Positions 1 to 7,573 of a stretch of 32,000 nucleotides of DNA are shown here, one piece after another. This DNA is from an uncultured Erysipelotrichaceae bacterium (GTDB lineage: Bacteria; Bacillota_I; Bacilli_A; Erysipelotrichales; Erysipelotrichaceae). The first letter of the stretch is position 1, and each line of letters begins with the position of its first letter. A program made the position numbers and the translations under genes. The notes under the pieces are model-generated. The model ran no database searches and was not told the DNA's origin. It saw only the letters and a program-made list of their open reading frames with translations. Where the stretch lies: NCBI GenBank assembly GCA_942493105.1, contig OW818668.1:480001-512000 (forward strand). The letters are read 5' to 3'.

Positions 1-308
1 ACCAGGGCTATATTCACTGTAAAATTACCGTTGTGTTTGATGAATTCTTTGGTTCCATCCAGCGGATCGACAATAAAAAGCCATTCATGTCTTAAACGAT
101 TAAGATCATCTTTGGTTTCTTCAGATAGGATCAAGATATTAGGATAATGCTTCTTGAGTTCTTTGAGGATGAAGGCATTGGAAACTAAATCAGCTTTGGT
201 TACAGGAGATTGATCTTCTTTAGTTTTGACCTCATAAGATGAATCATAAATCTCCATAAGCAATGCGCCAGCTCTGATCGTGATTTCCTTGATTTGATGA
301 AGATCCAT
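1..308 (-). CDS. cysQ: 3'(2'),5'-bisphosphate nucleotidase CysQ / inositol-monophosphatase family, N-terminal part (gene runs off the left edge)
   Basis: Own minus-strand translation from the ATG at 308: MDLHQIKEITIRAGALLMEIYDSSYEVKTKEDQSPVTKADLVSNAFILKELKKHYPNILILSEETKDDLNRLRHEWLFIVDPLDGTKEFIKHNGNFTVNIALV. The SEE and DPLDGTKEF metal-binding motifs and the N-terminal length fit CysQ. Absent from the ORF track because it is edge-truncated. There is an alternative in-frame ATG at 323. Confidence 0.8.
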   Translation of the reverse strand, partial: MDLHQIKEITIRAGALLMEIYDSSYEVKTKEDQSPVTKADLVSNAFILKELKKHYPNILILSEETKDDLNRLRHEWLFIVDPLDGTKEFIKHNGNFTVNIAL

Positions 309-452
309 TAAGGACAGTTCCATATACCCACATTATAGGTGATAAATTATCTTTCGAAAATGTTTTACAAATTTTAAGAAAATGTTTTTTCGCAACACTT
401 TTGGCACATTTAAGGTCTAATCTATGAAGCATAGAGGAAACTCTAGGAGAAA

Positions 453-1175
453 ATGATGAAAAAATATCTTATTCCAATTCTATTCGCAGGTGGGTTATTG
501 GCCCTTACCTTGGTGATCTTTGCCTTAGACAGACCTGTAATTGCAGGTTATCGAGTCAATGGTACCAATGATCAATCTTTATTGGGTAATCAGAACCAAG
601 TCAATGGACGTGGTGGAAGAGGCGGTATGATGGGTGGTTACAATAACCAACAAGTGACCATCTCAACTGATCTTAGTGGAAGTGATTATGATGCAGCTGA
701 GCTTAAAGCAGCACTTGATGTCTTATTGATGGATGAATACAAAGCCAGAGCTGAGTATGAGGCCATCGTTGAGAAGTTTGGGGATGAAAATCCTTATGTG
801 AATCTGATCACTGCTGAAACAAGACATATTGAAGCCTTGACTAGAATCTATGATGCGTTTGATTTTACGGTTTTAGCTGATACAGGCAAAGATTATGTTG
901 CCTTACCTACAAGTTTAGAAACATCTTATCAGATCGGAATCGATGCTGAAAAAGCCAACATTGCTTTATATGAAACTTACTTAGATACAGACTTACCGGA
1001 TTCAGTAGAACGTATATTCCAGAATCTACAAAATGCTTCTGAGAATCATTTGGCGATCTTCACAGCTTATCAAAATGGTGATGAGATCTTGCCTTATCAA
1101 AATGGGACTCAGAATACAAATGGTTATAATTGCCCAATGGTTAACGGTAGACAAGGCCGTGGTTATCGCAACTAA
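453..1175 (+). CDS. DUF2202 (ferritin-like) domain protein with N-terminal membrane anchor and Gly/Asn-rich linker
   Basis: 240 aa ORF and the only plus-strand gene. Has an N-terminal hydrophobic helix (ILFAGGLLALTLVIFAL). LLMDEYKARAEYEAIVEKFG...ITAETRHIEAL and IDAEKANIALYE...ASENHLAIF are the paired ferritin-like repeats typical of DUF2202. AGGAG at 445-449 favours the second ATG (456) slightly. Confidence 0.75.
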   Translation: MMKKYLIPILFAGGLLALTLVIFALDRPVIAGYRVNGTNDQSLLGNQNQVNGRGGRGGMMGGYNNQQVTISTDLSGSDYDAAELKAALDVLLMDEYKARAEYEAIVEKFGDENPYVNLITAETRHIEALTRIYDAFDFTVLADTGKDYVALPTSLETSYQIGIDAEKANIALYETYLDTDLPDSVERIFQNLQNASENHLAIFTAYQNGDEILPYQNGTQNTNGYNCPMVNGRQGRGYRN

Positions 1176-1177
1176 TG

Positions 1178-1209
1178 AAAACACCCTTCACAAGAAGGGT
1201 GTTTTTTTT
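1178..1209. terminator. Bidirectional rho-independent terminator between convergent DUF2202 gene and pullulanase gene
   Basis: Stem ACACCCTTC (1181-1189), loop ACAA, stem GAAGGGTGT (1194-1202). Followed by T7 on the plus strand and preceded by A-run, so it gives a U-tract on both transcripts. Confidence 0.85.
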
Positions 1210-4200
1210 AAGCATGTTTTCTTTTCTTATAGACTAGGAAGTAGTACAAGGCAAGAGCTCCTGCTAGAATCAAGAATCCACTGACATAAATAAGTGTCCA
1301 GTTGATCCCATAATAGGAGTTACTATCAACAAGGACCATCAGACTATGCGCTGCGATGGTCACAGTTTTACCAGAGATATCATTGATTTTCTTGGTCCCA
1401 GCTTTATTACTGTCGACGACGACGACCCAACCTGATTTTTCTAAGGTTGCGGTGACTTCAGTTTCATTGGCATTCATCAAGACTGTTATTGTGTCCCATT
1501 TATCCCCATTGGCGTTGTTGAGCAATTGATATGCCACAACGTTGGGTTCATTGGTTTCTATGAAACTTAGATTGGCTCTAATGTCTGCAGTGGTCGTCAT
1601 TCTAAACGCAGGATGCGCTTGTCTAAGATCGATCAAACCTGCAATATAGGTCGTGTAGTCTTCATATTCTGCTTTTCTTAACCAATCTAGTTGGTTGACA
1701 GCATCAGAAGCATTATAGGAGTTTTCATTGCCTCCTTTGGTTCGATAGAACTCAGCACCAGCATGAATGAATGGGACCCCTTGTGAGGTCAATACGATCG
1801 CATTGGCCATTCTGTGCATCGCCATACGCTCTTCATCACTGGCATCCGGATTGGTCAAGAATAATTTATCCCATAAGGTTAAGTTATCATGGGCTTCTAT
1901 GTAGCTTATGACTTGTGTGGGTGCTGTTGCATAAGCCCCTTTTGAATATTTGACCAAAGAATAATCAATACCCTTGGTCGCAACAGATGCAACGATTCCA
2001 AATTTAAGACTTTCTTCTAAATTTATACCACCATTGACGAAACCTTTATCGAGTTTCGTGAAGACATGACCCTTGATCGCATCTCGAATATCATCTGAGA
2101 AAACAGCGATGTCATCAAGCTTAGCGACGTTCACTTTAAGTGCTTTTTGGGCATCAGGTAAAGGTGATGTTCCACCGGTCCAACCTTCGCCATAGATGAT
2201 CGCATTAGGATTGATGGCTTCTACAGCAGCTTTGATTTCATTCATCGTATCGATGTCATGAAGTGCCATTAAGTCGAAACGGAAGCCATCGATATGGTAT
2301 TCTTTGACCCAATAGGCTACAGAATCAACCATGAACTTTCTAACCATGGCCCGCTCAGAAGCGATCTCATTGCCAACACCAGATCCATTAGAGAATTTTC
2401 CTTCCGCATCATAACGGTAATAATAACCCGGTACGATTTTACTGAAGTCAGAATCTGATGATGCTCCGGTATGATTGTAGACCACATCCATGACGACAGC
2501 GATTCCTGCATCATGAAGCGCCTTAACCATCTGTTTAAATTCACTGATTCTTGTTTCTCCGTGATATGGATCCGTAGAGTAAGAGCCTTCTGGAACGTTA
2601 TAGTTCTGCGGATCATAACCCCAGTTGAAACTGTTGTTTTCAAGTTTGGTCTCATCGATGCTTCGATAATCAAATGTAGGCAGTAAATGAACATGCGTAA
2701 CACCGAGTTCTATCAGATGATCGATCCCAATCTTTGATCCATTTAAGGTCAAGCCTTTTTCTGTGAAGGCAAGATATTTTCCTGGATTCTCAAAGTCTGC
2801 ATCAGGATCACTTGAAAAATCTCGGATATGAAGTTCATAAAGAATCGCATCTGTATTATTATCTAGTTTGATGTATTTATCTTGAGCCCAGCCTGTTGGA
2901 TCGGTTTTATCCAAATCAATGATCATGGCTCTTTTCCCGTTGACCCCAACAGCTTTGGCGTAAGGGTCGACCGCTTCATTGATTTTACCATTCGCGGTTA
3001 CACTGAAAGTATAATAGACTTTATCCAAATCTTGACTGATCGTGAGTTCCCAGACCCCCTTCGCAACACGAACCATCTGGAAAACAGATGAAGGTTGACC
3101 TGTTGGGACAAAAACTTCTGCGCCATCACCATTCTTGAACAGATTTAGTTCAACAAATGATGCTGTCGGTGCCCACAATCTAAAAGTCGTTGATTCTTTA
3201 GCGTAAATGGCACCTAATTCATCTGTATACGTGAATTCAGTCTCAAAGGCTTCTGACTTGAAGACACTGCTGAATTGAACCTGGATCACATTGTACCCTG
3301 CATAAGACAACGTATAAGATTCTTTAAGATCTAAAGGATCTTGAGTAAACACTGTAAAATTACTGGAAGCTCCAGCTGCCGCACCTTCCGATACAAACAC
3401 ATAACGGATGGGCTGGTTGACCCCTTTACTATTTTTAAGGATCAGTCCTTCTAGTTTCTCATTGGTGAGTGGTATAGGGACAGTGGTCCTCACACTGATA
3501 AAATCTAATCCATTTAAGTTTGCACTTAAGAATTTCGGAGACATATCAATATCACTAAAGCGGGTATATACACGAGGATCCCCTTGGACGAGCCATACTT
3601 CCAGCTTGCCGTCTTTAGCTTTGGTGAGATCGATAAAACGATCGGTATCGATATCTTTCGCTAACCATTCGTTGAGTCGAATGAGGAAGCCTACTTTTGT
3701 GATGCCCTCTTCTGGTTTGATGTTGATGTTTAAAATCTGACCAAACGCATCAGAACCATTAAAGGTTTGGGCAGCTCCATCAAAACCAGGTTGCCACATC
3801 CATAAGTTCCACCCTGTATAAATCTTATCAAAACGATAATAGTGGATCTTAAGGGCGATTTCACCCAACTGCGGAGGAGGTGTCGTATCTAGCGAAGGTT
3901 TTGATGTATAAACGGTCGCATCGCCTTGTTTAAGCCATATTTCTGCTTTGCCATCGGTAATGTCGATAAAACGATCATCTGCGATGTCTTTGGATTCCCA
4001 ATCATTAAGTCTTACGATAAAGCCAAAAGATGTGGCTGTACTATCGATGGTGAGTTTAGCAGTCTTCCCAAAATCATCGGTGCCATCATTAAAAGTATAA
4101 GCTTGCCCATCGGCACCAGCTGGCCATACCCATAGATTCCATCCTTCATACGTATTGTCTGTGCGATGATAGTGGATCGTGATCGACACATTCGTCGCTG

Positions 4201-4282
4201 CTTTCACAGTTTGGATAAATCCACTGAGCGGCATCAAAACCAATAGTAACGCAGTCAACCCTTTCAGTATTTTCTTGATCAT
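1208..4282 (-). CDS. pulA: Type I pullulanase (GH13), secreted, two N-terminal CBM41/PUD repeats, C-terminal membrane anchor
   Basis: GH13 regions are present: VMDVVYNHT, GFRFDLM, YGEGW, YIEAHDN. The type I pullulanase motif FNWGYDPQNY is also present. Signal peptide is LLVLMPLSGFIQTVKA/AT. Start moved to the ATG at 4282 because GGAGA (4291-4295) abuts the ATG at 4288 but sits 6 nt from 4282. Confidence 0.93.
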   Translation of the reverse strand: MIKKILKGLTALLLVLMPLSGFIQTVKAATNVSITIHYHRTDNTYEGWNLWVWPAGADGQAYTFNDGTDDFGKTAKLTIDSTATSFGFIVRLNDWESKDIADDRFIDITDGKAEIWLKQGDATVYTSKPSLDTTPPPQLGEIALKIHYYRFDKIYTGWNLWMWQPGFDGAAQTFNGSDAFGQILNINIKPEEGITKVGFLIRLNEWLAKDIDTDRFIDLTKAKDGKLEVWLVQGDPRVYTRFSDIDMSPKFLSANLNGLDFISVRTTVPIPLTNEKLEGLILKNSKGVNQPIRYVFVSEGAAAGASSNFTVFTQDPLDLKESYTLSYAGYNVIQVQFSSVFKSEAFETEFTYTDELGAIYAKESTTFRLWAPTASFVELNLFKNGDGAEVFVPTGQPSSVFQMVRVAKGVWELTISQDLDKVYYTFSVTANGKINEAVDPYAKAVGVNGKRAMIIDLDKTDPTGWAQDKYIKLDNNTDAILYELHIRDFSSDPDADFENPGKYLAFTEKGLTLNGSKIGIDHLIELGVTHVHLLPTFDYRSIDETKLENNSFNWGYDPQNYNVPEGSYSTDPYHGETRISEFKQMVKALHDAGIAVVMDVVYNHTGASSDSDFSKIVPGYYYRYDAEGKFSNGSGVGNEIASERAMVRKFMVDSVAYWVKEYHIDGFRFDLMALHDIDTMNEIKAAVEAINPNAIIYGEGWTGGTSPLPDAQKALKVNVAKLDDIAVFSDDIRDAIKGHVFTKLDKGFVNGGINLEESLKFGIVASVATKGIDYSLVKYSKGAYATAPTQVISYIEAHDNLTLWDKLFLTNPDASDEERMAMHRMANAIVLTSQGVPFIHAGAEFYRTKGGNENSYNASDAVNQLDWLRKAEYEDYTTYIAGLIDLRQAHPAFRMTTTADIRANLSFIETNEPNVVAYQLLNNANGDKWDTITVLMNANETEVTATLEKSGWVVVVDSNKAGTKKINDISGKTVTIAAHSLMVLVDSNSYYGINWTLIYVSGFLILAGALALYYFLVYKKRKHA

Positions 4283-4312
4283 GTTCATTCTCCTGATGGT
4301 TTAATTGTAGAC

Positions 4313-4327
4313 TGTAAACGGTTTCAT
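4313..4327 (-). promoter_or_regulatory. Catabolite-responsive element (cre, CcpA/HPr-Ser-P operator) upstream of pullulanase gene
   Basis: Minus-strand sequence ATGAAACCGTTTACA matches the cre consensus WTGNAANCGNWNNCW at every constrained position. It lies 25-40 nt upstream of the pulA start codon. Confidence 0.65.
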
Positions 4328-4345
4328 TGCAATAATCAGGACCGT

Positions 4346-4373
4346 AGAAAAACAACCTCCACAGGAAGTTGTT
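4346..4373 (-). terminator. Probable rho-independent terminator after the glycosyltransferase operon
   Basis: Minus-strand RNA reads AACAACUUCC-UGU-GGAGGUUGUU, a 10 bp stem with one G-U pair, followed by UUUCU. The U-tract is short. Confidence 0.5.
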
Positions 4374-4384
4374 GATATAAGGGT

Positions 4385-5296
4385 TTATTTTCTCTTTAAT
4401 TGTCTTAATCTGCGTTTATTTAGTAACCCTAATCTAAAGACAGGAATATGTTCTCGTCTAAGCTGTTTATAGACCCACAGCGCTTTCTTTAAGCCTAAAT
4501 GATATTGGAAGGCCTGTATCACATACACTAAGGCAGGAAGTTCTAGTTGGCCGTAACGCTGAGCTGATATTTTCTCTTTGAGATAACGATGCAGATTTAA
4601 ACCGATCTCAAAGCGTTGATCAAAATTCTTTTCTACACGGCTCATCGTCAATGAACCTGGAGATCTTGTGAGACAATAGATGGACTCTGATGAAACTTCG
4701 ATCTTCTGTGCTTCTGCTCCAACTTTGGCTGAAAACATCACATCGTTAGAAACCATGGTTTCATCAAATCGTATCTGATGTTGCTTGATTAAGTCATGCT
4801 TAATTAACTTTGAAGTAGGGACATAGTAGGTAAAGCGTAAAGCATCTTCAGTTTTCTGTGATGGTTGATCCAGATACGCTTTTATCAAATCAATGAACTT
4901 GTCAGCACGATGCGCATCTTCTTGTGTGCCTATAAAGCGACTGATTGGCGTAAAATAAACCAGATCGATGTTTTTCTCTAAATATGGTTCTAAACATGTT
5001 CGATAGTCAGGCAACAAATAATCATCCGCATCACAAAATAGTAACGATTGACCGATAGCCAAATCCAATCCTTTATTTCGAGCTGAACCTGCGCCTTTTT
5101 TCCCAAAGTCATTTAAAACAAAAGTCACGTGGGCATAGGCAGGATCTTGACTTAAAGAAGTATAATTTTCTAGTTGTTTGGTGCTGTGATCATCCACCAC
5201 AATGATTTGGGTATCTTCATAAGACCCAATGGAATCTAAAAGTACTTTTAGCAATTCTGGTGAATTGTAGTGAGGAATAATGATACTGATCTTCAT
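4385..5296 (-). CDS. Family 2 glycosyltransferase (paralog A)
   Basis: 303 aa. N-terminal GT-A fold signature SIIIPHYNSPELL...VVDDHS...CDADDY (DxD). ATGA start/stop overlap with the upstream gene. Confidence 0.88.
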   Translation of the reverse strand: MKISIIIPHYNSPELLKVLLDSIGSYEDTQIIVVDDHSTKQLENYTSLSQDPAYAHVTFVLNDFGKKGAGSARNKGLDLAIGQSLLFCDADDYLLPDYRTCLEPYLEKNIDLVYFTPISRFIGTQEDAHRADKFIDLIKAYLDQPSQKTEDALRFTYYVPTSKLIKHDLIKQHQIRFDETMVSNDVMFSAKVGAEAQKIEVSSESIYCLTRSPGSLTMSRVEKNFDQRFEIGLNLHRYLKEKISAQRYGQLELPALVYVIQAFQYHLGLKKALWVYKQLRREHIPVFRLGLLNKRRLRQLKRK

Positions 5297-6240
5297 GAGT
5301 TATCCTTGGGTGCCGATTTGTGTTTAAGGCGGTAATACTTTAGATGACTTAAGAAAACGTTTGGATTAAAAATATCTTTTGGTATACGTCTCAATCCGTT
5401 TTTCTTCATGAGTTTGGATGTCGCTAAAATTTTACTTAGGGGTAAATGGTTTTTAAAAGCACTGATCAAAATAGATATTGATTCGAAACGTAAGGTGTCA
5501 AATCGTTCTTTGGGCAATCTTTCTTTTAAGAATGTGACTTTGCGAATTAAGACATCCAAGCGGATATCAAAAATGGCTTCACTAAACGTCATGGTTTGAG
5601 AGCCTTTAGAACGGGTCACCACATACAATACACGAGGATCTACAATCATCTTCTTGGCATAATAACCAACTTTGGTTGCGAATAAGACATCTTCAGAGTG
5701 TCTGATCATATCAAAACGGATTTTATTTTCTTCTAAAAGTGTTCGCTTTATCAGTTTTGGATAAGGGGTAGGATGCATGAAACGCAAGGCATCTTCATTA
5801 TCTTGAGTAGGTGAAGCAAGGAAGTTGTCGATCAAGGCACTATATCGATCACTACGATGTGCATCCGTGTTGGTGTTGAGATATACAGAGGTAAACTTGA
5901 AAATAACCAGGTCTTGTTCCTGTGATAAATAAGGTTCGATTAAATCCCATACTTTTGGTACAAAATAGTCATCTGCATCTGCACATAAAACATACTTCCC
6001 TTTCGCAAGATCTAAAGCTTGATTACGAGAAGCACCAGCACCTTTAACCTCTGAACCATTTGTGATAAACGTTACTTGAGAATATGTTTTTTTAAGCTTA
6101 TCCAATTCTTCCAGATTCTTCGTGCTGCGATCGTCACATACAATGACTTGAATCGCATCTGAAAAAGGATTACTGTCCAACAGGATTTTTAAAAGATCTG
6201 GAGTATTATAGTGAGGGACAATTATACTGAGTTTGATCAT
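5293..6240 (-). CDS. Family 2 glycosyltransferase (paralog B, tandem duplicate of 4385-5296)
   Basis: 315 aa. SIIVPHYNTPDLL...VCDDRS...ADADDY. Shares many identical blocks with the downstream paralog: KGAGxxRNxxLDLAxG, EPYL, DAHRxD, EDALRF, KLIK, IRFD, TRSxGSxTM. Confidence 0.88.
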   Translation of the reverse strand: MIKLSIIVPHYNTPDLLKILLDSNPFSDAIQVIVCDDRSTKNLEELDKLKKTYSQVTFITNGSEVKGAGASRNQALDLAKGKYVLCADADDYFVPKVWDLIEPYLSQEQDLVIFKFTSVYLNTNTDAHRSDRYSALIDNFLASPTQDNEDALRFMHPTPYPKLIKRTLLEENKIRFDMIRHSEDVLFATKVGYYAKKMIVDPRVLYVVTRSKGSQTMTFSEAIFDIRLDVLIRKVTFLKERLPKERFDTLRFESISILISAFKNHLPLSKILATSKLMKKNGLRRIPKDIFNPNVFLSHLKYYRLKHKSAPKDNS

Positions 6241-6989
6241 AGTTTAACTCCGTATTTTTTTAGTGCATAAAAGGCATATTGAATAAAATAGAAACAGCTT
6301 TGAAAGAAACCTAAGCCTAGTGCTTTTCTATAATTGAACCATTGTCTTTTAGCAGCTTTTAATTTATTGCCTGAAAGTGATCCAGCATTGCCTTCAGTAT
6401 ATGTCGCCAAGATTTCATTGAGACCCTGTGCTTTATGACCACGTTTCATCAACATCAACCAAGTCAAATGATCTTGGCCTTTTCGATAATCCGGCATCAC
6501 AAAATCTCCGGTCATTCTACGATCAACGATGACTGTCAAACATCCAATCTTATTATCGACAATCAATTGTTTATAGTCTAAAACTGGATCCGCCTTTATA
6601 ATGCGTCCTTTATTGGTTCGATAAGCAGTAAATGTAAAGGCATAGGCATGGTCCTTCATAAAACTGACTTGTTTCTCAAGTTTGGTGGAATCCCAGACAT
6701 CATCCGCATCCAGAAATGCAATATATTGACCACGAGCTCGATCGATCGCCAAATTACGAGCTTTGGCTGCCCCGACATTTTGTGTCAGATCGATCCATTG
6801 GATCCGTTTATCTTTACTCAGATAGGTTTTTGCGATCGTGGCACTTTGATCACTTGATGCATCGTTGACCATGATCAATTCCCAATTCGTATAGGTTTGA
6901 TTAAGAATACTGTCTAGGGTTGTTTTTAAGGTCGTTTCTGCATTGTATACAGGGGTAATGATCGACACTAAGTCCTTGATTGGGTTCAT
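6237..6989 (-). CDS. Family 2 glycosyltransferase
   Basis: VSIITPVYNAETTL...NQTYTNWELIMVNDASSD...FLDADDVW. The ORF-track N-terminal extension (to 7067) overlaps the upstream gene. The ATG at 6989 forms an ATGA overlap with the upstream stop, so it was chosen as the start. Confidence 0.88.
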   Translation of the reverse strand: MNPIKDLVSIITPVYNAETTLKTTLDSILNQTYTNWELIMVNDASSDQSATIAKTYLSKDKRIQWIDLTQNVGAAKARNLAIDRARGQYIAFLDADDVWDSTKLEKQVSFMKDHAYAFTFTAYRTNKGRIIKADPVLDYKQLIVDNKIGCLTVIVDRRMTGDFVMPDYRKGQDHLTWLMLMKRGHKAQGLNEILATYTEGNAGSLSGNKLKAAKRQWFNYRKALGLGFFQSCFYFIQYAFYALKKYGVKL

Positions 6990-7573
6990 TGTCGCTTCCC
7001 TTCTTGGATGCCTTCTGAACGAAGTACTTTGAATATGGTGAGAAAGAAGATTTTGGTGTCTAACCAAAAGTTCATATCCTTAACATACTGACCATCTAAT
7101 TGTGCTTTAAGATCGATGGGCAATTCATCTCGGCCATTGATTTGAGCCCAACCTGTTAATCCTGGAAGAATATGATTGGCACCGACTTTTTCGCGTTCTG
7201 CGATCAAATCATCTTGATTCCATAAAGCTGGTCTGGGTCCTACGATACTCATGTCTCCACGTAAGATGTTGATGAGTTGAGGCAATTCATCCAAACTTGA
7301 TTTGCGTAAAAAAGCACCTGAGCGTGTGATGAATTTTTCCGGATGATCGAGTAAATGTGTTGGCATATCTTTAGGGGTAGTCGAAAGCATGGTCCTGAAT
7401 TTATAGATGTTGAAAAGACGTTTGTCTTTTCCGATCCTTCTTTGTGTAAAAAGAATTTTTCCTTTAGATTCACACTTGATGATGATGGCAATCAACAGTA
7501 AAATCGGACTCAGAACAAGCAGTCCGATCAAAGACAAAATAAAGTCTATGCATCGCTTAATGGGTTTATACAT
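6986..7573 (-). CDS. Small monotopic phosphoglycosyl transferase (bacterial sugar transferase, PglC/EpsL/WbaP C-terminal type), initiating enzyme
   Basis: MYKPIKRCIDFILSLIGLLVLSPILLLIAIIIK...LFTQRRIGKDKRLFNIYKFRTM...LDELPQLINILRGDMSIVGPRP is the PF02397 pattern. Start set at the ATG at 7573, an 8-nt overlap with capD. The track start at 7606 would overlap by 41 nt. Confidence 0.88.
   Translation of the reverse strand: MYKPIKRCIDFILSLIGLLVLSPILLLIAIIIKCESKGKILFTQRRIGKDKRLFNIYKFRTMLSTTPKDMPTHLLDHPEKFITRSGAFLRKSSLDELPQLINILRGDMSIVGPRPALWNQDDLIAEREKVGANHILPGLTGWAQINGRDELPIDLKAQLDGQYVKDMNFWLDTKIFFLTIFKVLRSEGIQEGKRQ

Noticed and set aside
244-432. 62-aa minus-strand track ORF
   Set aside because: It is out of frame with, and overlaps the 5' end of, the well-supported cysQ-like gene. 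It extends through the promoter spacer and has no RBS or recognisable motif.
1033-1284. 83-aa plus-strand track ORF
   Set aside because: It lies in an alternative frame of the DUF2202 gene's 3' end. It runs straight through the bidirectional terminator hairpin into the antisense of the pullulanase gene.
2317-3740. Antisense or alternative-frame ORFs inside the pullulanase gene (2317-2703, 2471-2686, 2882-3091, 3408-3740, 3926-4135)
   Set aside because: These are shadow ORFs of a long, strongly supported GH13 gene, with no motifs or RBSs. The same reasoning applies to the shadow ORFs inside capD, yvcK, nanE, EIID, trxB, lgt, hprK, uvrA, uvrB and ctpA listed in the track.
4146-4355. 69-aa minus-strand ORF overlapping the pullulanase start and cre region
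   Set aside because: It is out of frame with pulA and covers the RBS and cre site. It has no RBS of its own and an odd composition.
6990-7067. N-terminal extensions suggested by the ORF track (GT2 to 7067; also EIID to 17241, EIIB to 18567, yvcK to 12869, rapZ to 13717, LCP to 10912, ctpA to 31746, pfkB to 26294)
   Set aside because: The extensions start at TTG or GTG codons, or at ATGs without an RBS, and overlap the upstream gene. In each case an internal ATG with a good Shine-Dalgarno or an ATGA coupling junction gives the canonical family N-terminus.
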